A stretch of 28,727 nucleotides of DNA from Chiloscyllium plagiosum (GCF_004010195.1 NC_057718.1:28518377-28547103); one strand, 5' to 3'. Positions 10,090 to 21,990 are shown, counted from the first letter of the stretch. Translations and numbers: made by a program. Notes: generated from the sequence alone by a model not told the origin.

Positions 10090-10663
10090 CTATAATACAA
10101 AGTTGGTTTTAAAGTCAAGAATAATGCAACTGAGAAAAATCTTGGTGAAAATTACAAAAAAACTTGGAGTAGAAGGACAGTTTAGAGAATTTTTATATTT
10201 CTGTCAGCTAGCCAAAAGATCAAAAATAGTGGATGACATTGTTAATACCTTTTACATTGATATCACCTCATCCCTGAACTTGTGGATTGCCATGGAAGCC
10301 AGAACAAGAGCTCTTCAGTAAAATATACTGATTTTTATGAACTCTATCAAAACTAACTGTAGAGTTTTCCCCACTATTACAAATCAATTTAAAAAAAACT
10401 TTATCCCCTGCATTGTGTTCATGGCAGTATTCTATGAAAAGAGGTTTCATTATAAATCAGCAGTAAAAGCTATTTATGCAAAATAGCCTTTAAGCAATAA
10501 TTGCAGATATTGCCATTCAGTAACAGATTAAACTGGATTCAAGTCTGCATTTTACTGTTCTTTGATCTATACAAATCAGCATTTGGTGACAGGATTAAAT
10601 ATTTGCAAATTGTTGTTAATCACAATAAGTGAAGACAAAAAAAAAACTACATTTGTTGATTAC

Positions 10664-10724
10664 CTCAATCTTCTCAATGTAATTTGGGTCCACCTGGTAA
10701 GCAGCAAAGACATCTTGGATAGCC
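10664..10724 (-). CDS. EPCAM: EPCAM exon 5 (KAIQDVFAAYQVDPNYIEKIE)
   Basis: tcaacag acceptor, gtaatc donor, 61 nt. Resembles human ALQKEITTRYQLDPKFITSIL. Confidence 0.92.
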
Positions 10725-11431
10725 CTGTTGAAAGTAGTTAGGAATGATAAGCAGAATGTAAATACATTAGCCAAAAACATACCAATACAATACATAGAAG
10801 ATAGAGTCCCATATTAAAGACCATGTTCTAACAGTTTTATTGTGTTCAGATCACTAGGATAAAATGGCAAGTTCACTGACAAATTTAGAGTCTCAATCCA
10901 GTTTCATATGTGACCTACAGAGTAATCTTTGCATCAACATTAGCCTCACTCCAAGGTCTTGGACACTGGTGCAACAAGTTTGCTCAAGGTAGAAATGTAT
11001 GCAATCTCTGGTTAGTGGCGATTCAAATATTTAATGTCTAAGAACAAACTTGTTCTAAAACAAACAAAAGTTAGACTTCATGCCCAATTACTTTGGGAAA
11101 TATAATAATGCAAGGAAAAAAGCAGTTAAGTTTCATACAGGAAATATATGTTCTCTTGAACAGTGGACTCAAACTCCAGCAACTCATTTGCAATGCGGAG
11201 GGGAATAAAAGTGGAATACCACAAATGCTGTTTCAAACAGATGGCGTTGCACTATGCAAAAAACCACCAATCTAAAAAAGGAGATCTTCTTCCTATGCAC
11301 CATTCCTTCAGTACAATATTAACAGGTCAGCTGACATTAGTGGATTTGAAGCCTATAACTTTTGACTTCGTACCAAGTACACACCTGACATCACATAGTA
11401 CCCGATAATATATTAAAGTTGTAATGCTTAC

Positions 11432-11497
11432 TTTTTCAGTTTCATTTCGTCCACTTCTTTATTTAAGGGTTTGTGCCTTAGCTGAATCTGAAACCAA
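11432..11497 (-). CDS. EPCAM: EPCAM exon 4 (FWFQIQLRHKPLNKEVDEMKLK)
   Basis: ttgcag acceptor, gtaagc donor, 66 nt, phase 2/2. Resembles human WIIIELKHK. Confidence 0.92.
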
Positions 11498-11659
11498 CTG
11501 CAATGAAAAAGGAAGAGTTAGTAAGCAAGGTTTAGTTAGATAGTTGAATCAGCTAAATAAAAATGTTGGAACACATTTGGGGAATTCACTAAATGTAAAA
11601 AGCTGCTTATTTTAAAATGGCAAACCACTAATTTTGTGTTCCTATTTCTTGCTGAAAAG

Positions 11660-12280
11660 TTCCACCCTTGAGCCTGCTCCACCATTCAATAGGATCATTC
11701 ACATTCCTGCCCTAAACCCTCTTTCAGCCTTACATATGCAGGGTCTCTGCTCCCATTGCTGTATGGCAGAAGTTCCAAAGAGTCAGCCCTCAAGAAATTC
11801 TCACCTCAGTGATAATTGATATCCCTCAAGTCAGATGGATTCTAGACTCTCCATGAAAGAGTCAGCATTTACCAGACAAGCTCCTTGAAACATACAAGAG
11901 TCTCAATCAGATCACCTCATTCTCTATACTCCAGTGAACAGAGTCCCAACTGGTTTAATCTTGTCTTATAAACCAATCCCTCCACATCAGGGATCATTCC
12001 AATGAACTGTCTGAACTACCTCCAATAAAATACATTTCCTTAAAATACGAAAGGAAAATCTGTTCAGTACTCCAGGTATGATCTAACCAGTACCTTGTAC
12101 AGCAGCAGCAAGACTTCCTTATGCTTATAATCCAGCCACATTTAAATAATGACCAATTTTCCATTAGCCTTCCTGATTATCTGCTGCCTGTGCGCTAACT
12201 TTCTGTTTTGTGCTCAAATACACCCAAGTTCCCTGTGTTGTGGCTTTTCTCCATTTAAAGTGTTTTTTTTGTTCTAACTT
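11660..12280 (-). mobile_element. CR1-type LINE 3' fragment in EPCAM intron 3
   Basis: Tail cttgagcctgctccaccattcaataggatcat and the reverse RT C-terminal motif (tcacctc..ttctctatactccagtga) are related to 1480-1720 and 26085-26420. Confidence 0.6.
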
Positions 12281-12282
12281 GA

Positions 12283-12594
12283 GGGCGGCACGGTGGCCCA
12301 GTGGTTAGCACTGCTGCCTCACAGCGCCTGTAGACCCGGGTTCAATTCCCGACTCAGGCGACTGACTGTGTGGAGTTTGCACATTCTCCTCGTGTCTGCG
12401 TGGGTTTCCTCCGGGTGCTCCGGTTTCCTCCCACAGTCCAAAGATGTGCAGGGTCAGGTGAATTGGCCATGCTAAATTGCCCGTAGTGTTAGGTAAGGGG
12501 TAAATGTATGGGTATGGGTGGGTTGCGCCTCGGCAGGTCGGTGTGGACTTGTTGGGCCGAAGGGCCTGTTTCCACACTGTAATGTAATCTAATC
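12283..12594 (+). mobile_element. HE1-type V-SINE (young, full length), antisense in EPCAM intron 3
   Basis: Near-identical to 441-770. Confidence 0.9.
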
Positions 12595-12908
12595 TTTCAG
12601 AGTGAGAAAGTTCACATTATACTCCACTTGCCAGCTATTGCCAACCTTACTGAATAGGTGTCAGCTGGATGCATCACCATATGCCTATTAATAAAACCTG
12701 GAATGTTTTCATTTAGCTGACAGAATGAACACAAGGATTCAAGCTCCTCACCAGCTCAAGTAATTGCAGGACAATTATACTATTATTACACAACATATGG
12801 ATGATATTGCACACACCTAGGAGCAGCTGAAGGGCTACATTTGGCATTTCAGAGCCACTGACTACAGATATACTCTTTACTACCCCCACTCCCCAGCAAA
12901 ATACTTAC

Positions 12909-13164
12909 AAAGTTGAAACTGGTTGTTCAGGGCACTCTATATCCTCATCTGCCTTGTCAGTCCTTCGAACACCTGCAGTGTTTACACACCAGCAGGTGCT
13001 AGTCCCATTACACTGCTTGGAACGGAATGTGCCGTCACTCTTGCAATCAGGATCATAGATACCGTCATTATCCAACATGGCATGCTCAGTGGGCTTTCTG
13101 CGAGCTCCAATGCCACTTCTCAATCGGTACATTTCATTCTTCATCATCCAGCACTTACTGGTCA
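12909..13164 (-). CDS. EPCAM: EPCAM exon 3 (thyroglobulin type-1 domain)
   Basis: Encodes LTSKC...NDGIYDPDC...[22 protein letters not shown], near-identical to EpCAM TY-domain motifs. ctttag acceptor, gtaagt donor, 256 nt. Confidence 0.97.
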
Positions 13165-13419
13165 CTAAAGGGATTTAAAAATGAAATTCACACATTAATA
13201 GCTCAATTTGAGTTTCTTACACAAGATATCTAGGCCACAGATTGTATTATAGGAATATTTCCAGGATTATTCAAGTTATTCAAAATTTAAGGAAATAGTG
13301 ATTCTCTATTTTACGATCAGCTTCCTCAACCTGTGAAGTATTAATAATAACTGTAGTGTTTGATTGGCTGACAATGTACTCAAGGACTCACTTGCCTCAA
13401 GTTTTAAAAAAGACCCTAA

Positions 13420-13710
13420 TTCGTGGGATGTGGGTGTCATTGGCTTTGCTCACAGAACAGTAAGCACATTGTTCCAGACACATAACAACAATACATAAAC
13501 TACACCAGGCAAGTACTCCTTTCCTGGAAGAACATCAGTAAACTGGTTTTTTGGTACGGTGGGGTGGGAGTGGAAACAAACAGCAGTCACCATTAGGCTA
13601 GCTTTTAATTCCAAAATATCTGTCACAGTGGGATTGAAATGAGTGTTCCCAGAACTTTAGGATGGTGTTCTGGATTACTAGCCTGGTGACATCACAACTA
13701 CACTACCTTC
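13420..13710 (-). mobile_element. Degraded tRNA-derived SINE remnant (SacSINE1/Deu-SINE-like), intron 2
   Basis: Shares the gtgggatgtggg tail with 19740 and 19915. The head-like ctggattactagcctggtgacat..acactacc is present. Family name is from recall only. Confidence 0.45.
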
Positions 13711-14944
13711 ACTCAGAAGGGTAGAGAATACTGGCATCTATTACCCAAGCTTTTTATCTTGATCACTACAAATGAGACTTAGAAAAATGAAACTTCAATC
13801 CTCTACTGCTGTTGAATTGAAAGAGGCAACACTAGCTGATTTATATTAGTTCCAAACTAGATCAGACATGGTATAATGTATAACTTGGAGTTACTCGGAA
13901 CTGTTTTCAATTGACATTATACAGCCACTTTCAGTAGGAATTCCTCAAACTTAACTCTTGTTTATTACATTCTCTAGCCACAAGTGCCAGTTAAATTCAT
14001 TTTGGATTCCATCTGTCCCAGTATACTAAAAGCCAGAGGGAAGGATTGCTTTGCCAATAAAGCTCTACACCAAGTAAGTGAGCAACTCAACTTCTAATGA
14101 CACATGAGTCACAACAGGGGTTTCAAGTTCTGCGATGTGGAGTGCATAAGCAAATCTCACTGAGAAGTGGTCTTCATGATTCCTTTTTTGGTCACTGGTC
14201 ATTGTGATCTCCACTCCATAAGTTCTACCTACAAAGGACTGTAGTAGTTCAAGGCAGTAGTTCATCTCCACTTCCAAGGAGAACTAGCATTGGGTAATGG
14301 ATGCCGACTAGCTAGTGATGCCCACAAGCATACAAAATAAAAAGCAACACTAAAGACTCCACTAAATGGAGTCACATGTAAACACAACAAAATGGACAAT
14401 TAGGACTCTCCTAAATGCAAAGTGGCAAACAAACTCTGGAAAAAAGCAACACTGAAATTGTTTAAAAGTTAAGAGCATTCTCTGGAAAAGACTAGCCCTA
14501 GGTCTCAGGTAAACTTAAGACAAAGTTGGATGATAATTCTAAACCCACCTAAAAACTTTGTGCTCAAATAAAAATTTATTCCTGAGATCCAACACCCACT
14601 GCACAAATGCAAAAGAAAAAATGTGGATGTACTGGTGACCAAATATTGCCACGAGGTGATTTAGACTAGAAGTGCATTTTACTGCAGTGCTCCTGATTCA
14701 GTATTTTTTGATTTGAATTTATATGAATGCACAAATTCTAAAGAAGCAAAAGAATCAGTTGTGAGGAATATTTGAGAAAGTAACTGAGTGGGACACAATA
14801 GTCCAGAAATATAAAGGTAGAGAGGGGAAAAAAAAAAAATCACTGCTAGCAATTTGTTAACAGAAAATGGAGATACATTTATAATGGTCAGGATCTTTAT
14901 CTGCAGCTTAAAACACTAAAGGTGTCCTTAAAGAAAATACCTAC

Positions 14945-15058
14945 ATGTACTGCAGTTGACTGGTTGATTAAGTTTTTCAGATAGTTGCAACGTACAGGTA
15001 CAACCATCTCCATTTGGTAGACATTTGGTATATCGGTTGGTCATACACACTGGACAGT
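14945..15058 (-). CDS. EPCAM: EPCAM exon 2 (N-terminal 6-Cys domain, DCPVCMTNRYTKCLPNGDGCTCTLQLSEKLNQPVNCST)
   Basis: tttttcag acceptor and gtaggt donor, 114 nt. The six-cysteine spacing matches the EpCAM/Trop2 N-domain. Confidence 0.93.
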
Positions 15059-15199
15059 CTGAAAAACAAAATAGTGTTAGCTCAGGCTCATTGAATTCAG
15101 TTATGCAACAAAGGCCAATTGCTACCTTCTTCAGAAAGATTAATTCTATAGAGATTTTCAAACACTAACCCTTTCAAAATTCTCACCATATTGCAATAT

Positions 15200-15940
15200 A
15201 TGATGGATGCTGGAAATTAGAAGCTAACAATGCTAGAGAAACTCAGCAGGTCTGGCAGCATCTGCCAAAAGAACAAATTTTGCCTTGTCTCAGTCCTAAA
15301 TAGTTTACTCTTACTCAAGGCAAGGAGGTTACCTAACAAATTATCCTATAAAGTTTAGGAAGTCACAGACTCTTGTTCCCAAAGTTCAACGCAACACATA
15401 GAAGAGGGGCAATCATACAGTGAGAAAAAAAATTATAGGTACTGAAGATCTAAAAAAAACTGAAGTTGCTGGAGAAACTCAATAGGTTTGGCACCATTCA
15501 TGAGAGAAAGCGGATTCCAGTGACCCTTCTTTAAAAGGGGTGGTAGCTGAGAAAAAAAAAAGGTGGTTTACATGACAACAGGGGAGGGAAGGAAGCAAAA
15601 ATAGTGAGACCAGTGAGCAAAAAGGTTAGGCAGAGATCATAACCTCCTCCACCACCACTCCCTCACCAACCGACACCTGGAGGAAGAACACATCTTCTGC
15701 CTCAGAAGACTTCAACCCCAGGGCATTAATGTGGTCTTCACCAGTTTCCTCATTTCCCCTTGCTCCTACTTGTACTTGTGTTTGTGCCTCTCTGTCTCTG
15801 TCTCTCTCTCTCTCTCTCTCTCCACCCTGGAGGCCTCCTGCCTCTATTCCTGATGAAGAGCTTTTGCTCAAAACATCGATGTTCCTGCTCCTGGGATACT
15901 GCCTGACCTGCTGTGCTTTTCCAGCATCACTGATCTAAAA
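15200..15940. mobile_element. Penelope-like 3'/pseudo-LTR fragments in EPCAM intron 1 (minus pieces ~15200-15590, plus piece ~15650-15935)
   Basis: 15650-15935 aligns with 24585-24990 (ctggaggaagaacac.tcttc.gcctc; gctgcctgacctgctgtgc). Includes a (CT)n run at ~15790-15822. Confidence 0.75.
15846..15881 (+). ncRNA. Inactivated hammerhead ribozyme motif
   Basis: AUUC-CUGAUGA-A-GAGC-uuuu-GCUC-AAAAC-AUC. Catalytic G12 is mutated to A; stem II is intact. Confidence 0.6.
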
Positions 15941-16073
15941 AGATTATTGAGCTGTGGATTCCCCGAGCGACTTAAAGAGTCAGATAAAATCTCACTTGGC
16001 TGAACCATAACTCACTAAGGGGCGATTGGAAGCGACCTTTAACGGAAGATAGAGGAATTACGCGTCACCCCTG

Positions 16074-16104
16074 GCGCGACCTAGCGGCCAGCGCTGGAAC
16101 TGTC
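16074..16104 (-). promoter_or_regulatory. CTCF-like binding site (core plus upstream motif) in EPCAM intron 1
   Basis: The minus strand reads GACAGTTCC-agcgc-TGGCCGCTAGGTCGCGC. This is close to the core TGGCCACYAGRKGGCGC with a TGCAGTTCC-like upstream module, in a locally CpG-rich patch. Confidence 0.6.
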
Positions 16105-16381
16105 GTCTGCCCCACCTCGCCATTCCAAACATGGAGAGGCAAGAGGTGAAACCCTCAAACCCAGAACAATTGGGAAAGCAAGGGTTCGAAACCCATTAAC
16201 TCTATCGAGTCAAACTAAACATCTCTATTTTTTGAAAGTTGAGAAATGAATTATACATAACGATAAAGCATTTTTTTTTAAAAAAAAGATCATGTTAAGC
16301 TTGTTTTAGCGTCCAGGTTGGCTGGGCCTGAGTGGAACCCACACCTGGAGAACAAAGCGCCAGCTTTACTCAAACACTTAC

Positions 16382-16445
16382 CTTCATCCTGCCCTTGAGC
16401 TAGGGCGCCAAACACAGCCAGAAGCAGCCAGCCGAGGGCACGCAT
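16382..16445 (-). CDS. EPCAM: EPCAM exon 1 (signal peptide MRALGWLLLAVFGALAQGQDE)
   Basis: ATG at 16445 with A at -3, a hydrophobic signal peptide, and a G|gtaagt donor. It is 64 nt (phase 1) and joins exon 2 in frame. Not shown as such in the ORF track. Confidence 0.88.
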
Positions 16446-16722
16446 CTTCCCCGGTTGCAACCACAACAGAACAAAACCTCGGACAGAATCTCTTCACAAC
16501 GCCCAGTCCCCGCTCTCCTGCTTCTAACAGGCGACAAAAGTTTTAGGCACAAGTTCCAACTTTCCCAATAAACGGAGTCTTCACTTTTAAAATAAAGAAA
16601 ATTCTTCAACTGCTGTCTTAACACCAACTAGAACAATCCCAAATATGACGAAGGCAAAGTAGACCTTTTCAGAACAGTCTCAAACCGCTGCTACAATCTC
16701 AATACCAGTTTCTGTCGAGAGA

Positions 16723-16765
16723 CAGGTATTTATACCATCTGCAACTGACGTCAACTCATTACCTG
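16723..16765 (-). promoter_or_regulatory. Probable EPCAM core promoter: TATAAA (16734-16729), CRE TGACGTCA (16746-16753), flanking CAGGTA boxes
   Basis: Motifs read directly from the sequence. There is no ATG on the minus strand between the implied TSS (~16700) and the start codon at 16445. Confidence 0.6.
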
Positions 16766-18691
16766 CTGAAACTGGAGTCAGCCTTTCTCCTGTTGGGTAA
16801 CATCAGCGTTTCGGTTCACTCACTACCCCCTGCAATACCTTATTTGTCTCTTCCTCCAAACGAGAAGGGCGTGATCACATCTTTCTCTTTGAGATTTTGG
16901 AACAAAATATATAGACTTTTTTTTAAAAAAGTCTGCAATTCTTCACCCCACCCACAACATGGAGAAACTGACAAGGACGTGACACTGAATCATTGCATAC
17001 TCTGAGACTCTGAGACAAAGATTATGTTAAATTATGATGTGGATCCAAACAATGGTTTTGTTTACGTTCGTTTTGATCTTCAGTCACCCAGGGGCCTAGA
17101 CAAAATCATTTTAATCAAATCATCCATGTTTTCAAAAAGCATTATCCGGAACCAATTCGTTCTGTGTGTCAACTTTAAGGAAGGAAAGTGTAGTTTAATG
17201 GATAAATTTATATCACAAATCGAAGCAGTATTTAGGTGACCTCATGGTGGAAGAACAGAGTTGTTGTAATCCAGGTCAACGACCTTCGGTCAGAAATATA
17301 CGAATTTAGAGTGTAACGATTTTAAATACAAAGAACGAAAGGGGAGGGGGGGGGGGGGTTGTCAGTAGTAGCAGTCAGAATTCACTAACAAAAGGGAGAC
17401 TGTGCATATTATGGGATTAAACGGAAGATGGGTGTAGAGGAGGTTTAAGGCGCGACCAAGACAGTAGCTACTGTCTGGAAAAGAAAACTGGAGCAAAGGT
17501 TAATTGAAGTTATTGAGATCAATAGTGAATCTGGAAGGTTGTGAAGTCTCTAATGGAGATATGAAGTGCTACGATTAAGGAGGCAATTTAGGAGGCAGAG
17601 AGCTCAGAATCAAAGTGGGGCAGGGTATTAAAATGAAAAGCAATCGGTAGCTCAGGGTCATAGGCTGATCTGGATGGCGGGGATATAGCAAAGTGATCTA
17701 TCTGTATTTGATCTCATCCCAATGTAGTGGAGTCTCATGACAATGTAGTATCATGAACAATAGATACACTATTGATTCAAATGCAGTTTTCATACAATGA
17801 CTATTTCCACTTTTATAACACACCGTTGCCTCAACCTATCTGCTGCTGAAACCCTGATATTTGCCTTTGTTCCATCTAGATTTGCCTATGATAACACATT
17901 CTCGGTTCCCCTCCCAATTGCTGCCCTTCATAAAGTAAACCACACGCCTTTTGGACCACCTTATCAATTGGATTTTCAGATTTCAGTATATTATTTAATT
18001 TGATTATTGTCCCTTGTTACAAAATGCAGTGAAAAGTGTTGTATAGCGTCACCACTCTGCAGTGCCACCTTAAAACACAGAAAAAAAGTACATATGGATG
18101 ATGTGATCTCTAATTTTGTCTACACTTTTAACATATATGTATGTTTTCTAGTATACTGTCTTTCCATATTAGTTCTTGTAATGTGTGTACTTCCCCACAG
18201 TGAAGTTCATTGGGAATTACCATTTCCACCATCATGTCTATACCAGCCCTTAACCTCATGATCTCATCGACTCTTATAAACCTTCTGCTAAGTGCCTTCA
18301 GCAATTTCAGTTCATTAAAGACTTCATATGTACACAGGTTGTTCCTGTTGATGATGACATCCATTAGTTGTAGAGACTGGTTGGATAGAAGGTAAAGAAA
18401 AGTTGACCAATTCCAAGTGTTTAAGGTTATATCTGGTTTGTTTTAATTGGAGATCCATTTTAAAACACTGTATTAAAAGGAATGCTTTTGGATTTCATTT
18501 CAATAATTCAGTTTTTTTTGGTAAATATTTACTATAATATGTTGTTCTTATAATACAACATCCTTTACATAATCTGGTAATTTATCCTGTTATACAAAAC
18601 AAACAAAAAATTATAAATATGTAAGGGTGCCATAGTTGCATGATGAATATAAAAAAGATTAAAAGAAAGATACATACATGAATAATATATT

Positions 18692-19012
18692 GATTAGATT
18701 AGATTACTTACAGTGTGGAAACAGGCCCTTCGGCCCAACAAGTCCACACCGACCCTCCGAACAGCAACCCACCCAGACCCATTCTCCTACATTTATCCCT
18801 TCACCTAACACTACGTGCAATTTAGCATGGCCAATTCACCTGACCTGCACATCTTTGGAATGTGGGAGGGAACCGGAGCACCCGGAGGAAACCCACACAG
18901 ACACGGGGAGAAAGTGCAAACTCCACAAAGACAGTTGCCCAAGGTGGGAATTGAACCCAGGTCTCTGGCGCTGTGAGGTAATAGTGCTAACCACTGTGCC
19001 ACTGTGCCGCCC
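18692..19012 (-). mobile_element. HE1-type V-SINE
   Basis: Full reverse-complement match to 441-770, including the (tctaa)n tail. Confidence 0.9.
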
Positions 19013-19721
19013 ACATCAATATTTTACAACCCACTTCTAAATGAAATACTGTATTTAAAACTGTTTCTATGCATTTATTGGATGGTCGACAGAGAAAATA
19101 GCACATTTTGTTGACGTGGTGAATTTTAGAAGTTTGCTGCACATATTTTCATTTGGTCAATTGTTTCTTTCAATTGCAGCTGTTTAAGTACCAATTTGTA
19201 GGGAAAATGTTTGTGTGTGTGCAAAATATCAAGTTTATTGGAGTCTTCAGAACAGATCATTTGCAGTGCTACAAAACTGAACTTAATTGAATGAAAATGC
19301 TTTTACAGAGGCATTGAATTCTTCACTAAATGCCTCACTCAATGAAAATCCCAGGTAGGATGAATCTTTGTCATCATGATATCCAATTTATTTATTAAGA
19401 AGTTAAATGTTGAAAAAGAATTTCAGATACTTTCTGCTGCTAACAGGCAATTTCTCAGATGTCATGCGTGCACAGCTTGCTGCGATTGACTGGATAGTTT
19501 CTATGGAGAGCCAACATGGAGGTGATGGGCTGAATAATGTTCTTCTGGACTGTAAAATCTCTATGACTTAATATAACCAAAATATTGATTTGACATTCAA
19601 ATGCTGTGACATGAATATCAACTTGATAAGATATTCCTTGCACTGAATGTATCATTTGTATTTGAACTAGAGTTTTCTCTGACTATCCTAGTGATCTCGT
19701 CCCACTCTACACCTTTTGTAA

Positions 19722-20135
19722 ACTTGTTTTTATTCACATGTGGGATGTGGGCATTGCTGGCTGGCCAGCATCGATTGCCTGTCTCTACTGCTTTTGAGAA
19801 GGTGTGGTGAGCTGCCTTCTTGATTCATTGCACTTTACATGCTGTAGGCAACCCAGAATGCCATTAGGGAGGGAATTCCAGGATTTTGATCCAATGACAA
19901 TTATTATTTGTTCACAGGATGTGGGCATCACTGGTTAGGCAGCATTTATTGTTCATCCCTAATTGCCCAGAGGGCAGTTAAGTGTCAACCGCATTGCTGT
20001 GGGTCTGGAGTCCCATGTAGGCCAGACCTAGGTAAGGATAAGTGAAGGAACGACATTGTACTTCCATGTCAGGTTGGTGAGTGGCTTGGAAGAGAACTTG
20101 CAGGTGGTGATGTTGACCTAAAATCCTGCTGCCTG
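19722..20135 (-). mobile_element. CR1/L2-group LINE 3' fragment with a nested SINE piece (~19900-20040) sharing the same tail
   Basis: The tail ttattcac..gggatgtgggcat occurs at 19730 and 19910. The flanks are homologous to 21650-21800. Confidence 0.55.
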
Positions 20136-20607
20136 CATCCTATAACTCACACCAATTTCTGTCACCATGTGTTCACAGACCAACATTGAGATGTAGCTAA
20201 GCAAAACATTGATCTTAAAATCCTCATCTTTGTGTTCAGACTGCCACAAGGCTATGATCCTCCAGGATCACTGCACTCCTCTAATGCTGCCTGACTCTAA
20301 ATTAGCTTCAGATCCTGCATGTAGCAATGTGGATCATCTACTATTTCTGCTAAGTATACATAAGACCAGATCCTGTCATTTCAAAAGCATGATTTCTACT
20401 CTTAATGTGTTTTTTTTGTTCACCCACATCCCACTTGTCCGGCTCGCTTACACTCTTGATTCATTTGGTGCTTCTCTTCCACCTCAATAGCAGCTAATAT
20501 CTGAGGTTCCCCTGTGAAATATTCCTACAGAAATAATATGCTAATTAATTGCCAAAGGAAATGCAAATAAATTCACTCCAAAATTTAGAAGTTTTCGAAT
20601 GTGAGTC

Positions 20608-21645
20608 TTTTTTTCCAAAAAGTATGTTTTATAAAAAAAAATTGTAAAATTACATTCCATAATATTTCAAGTTTGACATCTCCAGAAGCGTAAAATTGCT
20701 CGAATTCTTTCCATACAGTATGTGACACTCTGGCATGCCTCAGTACAAATGCATTTATACTTCAAATTTATAACATACATCCATTTCATAACAACGATAA
20801 TGCCTGAGAGGTTCTACACAGTTTCCACTTCCTGTGTTCACTATGGCAGGTAGGTCTTACACTGTGTCCTTTTCACATTGAGTCCTTGTGTTAATCAACC
20901 CAAGCTTCATTGCATCCCTTGGTGCACAGTCCAATGTACCAATCTGCAAAACCCACTCATCCACAACTCATTACACTAAAAGACCAACAGGTTTTGAGCA
21001 GAATAAAGTGCACTTTTCACCAAGGTGGTGGCCCTATAGAAGTACTAATGGTTGTATCAGTACGTATACCTGGGAATAACCTGTGAAACACACACCTCAC
21101 AGAGCTATAAGAGATTAACTTTGAGAAAAACCACTGCAGTTCTTTTTGGATATTTGTTGCAAAGGCACATTCCAGGAAGACATGGGTGATAGTCCCTCCT
21201 ACATGCAATGTTGGCAAGGCCACAGTTATTGTAGTGATGGTGGTGGGCCTTCTTATTAACTGCTACATTCCTTCTGATGTGTGTAGATCCAGCGAAGGAT
21301 CCAGCGTGGTTTACCAGGCAATACTCCCTATTTTGGAGACTTAGTCTACCCAATGTAGATACCTAAAGTACTGGTAAAAGACCAAGCAGTGGTGTCTTTG
21401 CAAGATCTTCCAAATCTACTGGCAAGAAAGAAAGTCCAATAGTGTTCTTTCCCAAGTCAACATGTGCAGAGGCCAGGCATTCATCACTGAAAACCAGCTC
21501 TGCTGGACAGGACATGTACTTCATATGTTTGACATCAAATGTTAAAAAAAACGGCTCTTGTCGGAATTCGGTTGTTGTAGAAGGCTCCCACGAAAATAGT
21601 GGAAAAACTTGGAGTGTCCTTAGAGTATCCCTGAAAAGGTCAAAC
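20608..21645 (-). mobile_element. Tx1/L1-clade LINE 3' fragment (ORF2 C-terminus with CCHC remnant, 3'UTR, A tail)
   Basis: THVFLECAFA zinc-knuckle, LFPG motif, C-terminal AMKLG...KDTV-stop at 20857-20859, and an A-rich end near 20610. Confidence 0.7.
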
Positions 21646-21649
21646 ACCC

Positions 21650-21990
21650 CCTCTCATTCGTGGAATTCACTGGCTTGTGACCAACATAAGGTTTGATCCA
21701 GTGACATTGAAGGAACAGCAATATATTTCTAAGAAAGCATTGTGAGTGGCTTGGAGGACATTTTGTTGGTGGTGTTCCCATGTACTGTATCTGCTGTCCT
21801 TGTCCATCTGGATGGTAGTGGTCATGAGTTTGGAATGTGCTGTCTAATTGGCCTTGGTGAATTTCTTCAGTGCATCTTGTAGATGGTGCACACTCATATG
21901 ACTGTCCATTCATGGTGGAGGGAATTAATGTTTGTGGATGTGGCGCCAATCAAGTATGTCCTGGATAGTGTCAAGCTTCTTGAGTGACAT
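21650..21990 (-). mobile_element. CR1/L2-group LINE fragment
   Basis: Minus translation NINSLHH..VCTIYKMH. Homologous to 19722-20135. Confidence 0.6.

Noticed and set aside
16400..16627. ORF 16400..16627 as EPCAM exon 1
   Set aside because: Wrong frame. The signal peptide is read from ATG 16445 to the donor at 16381.
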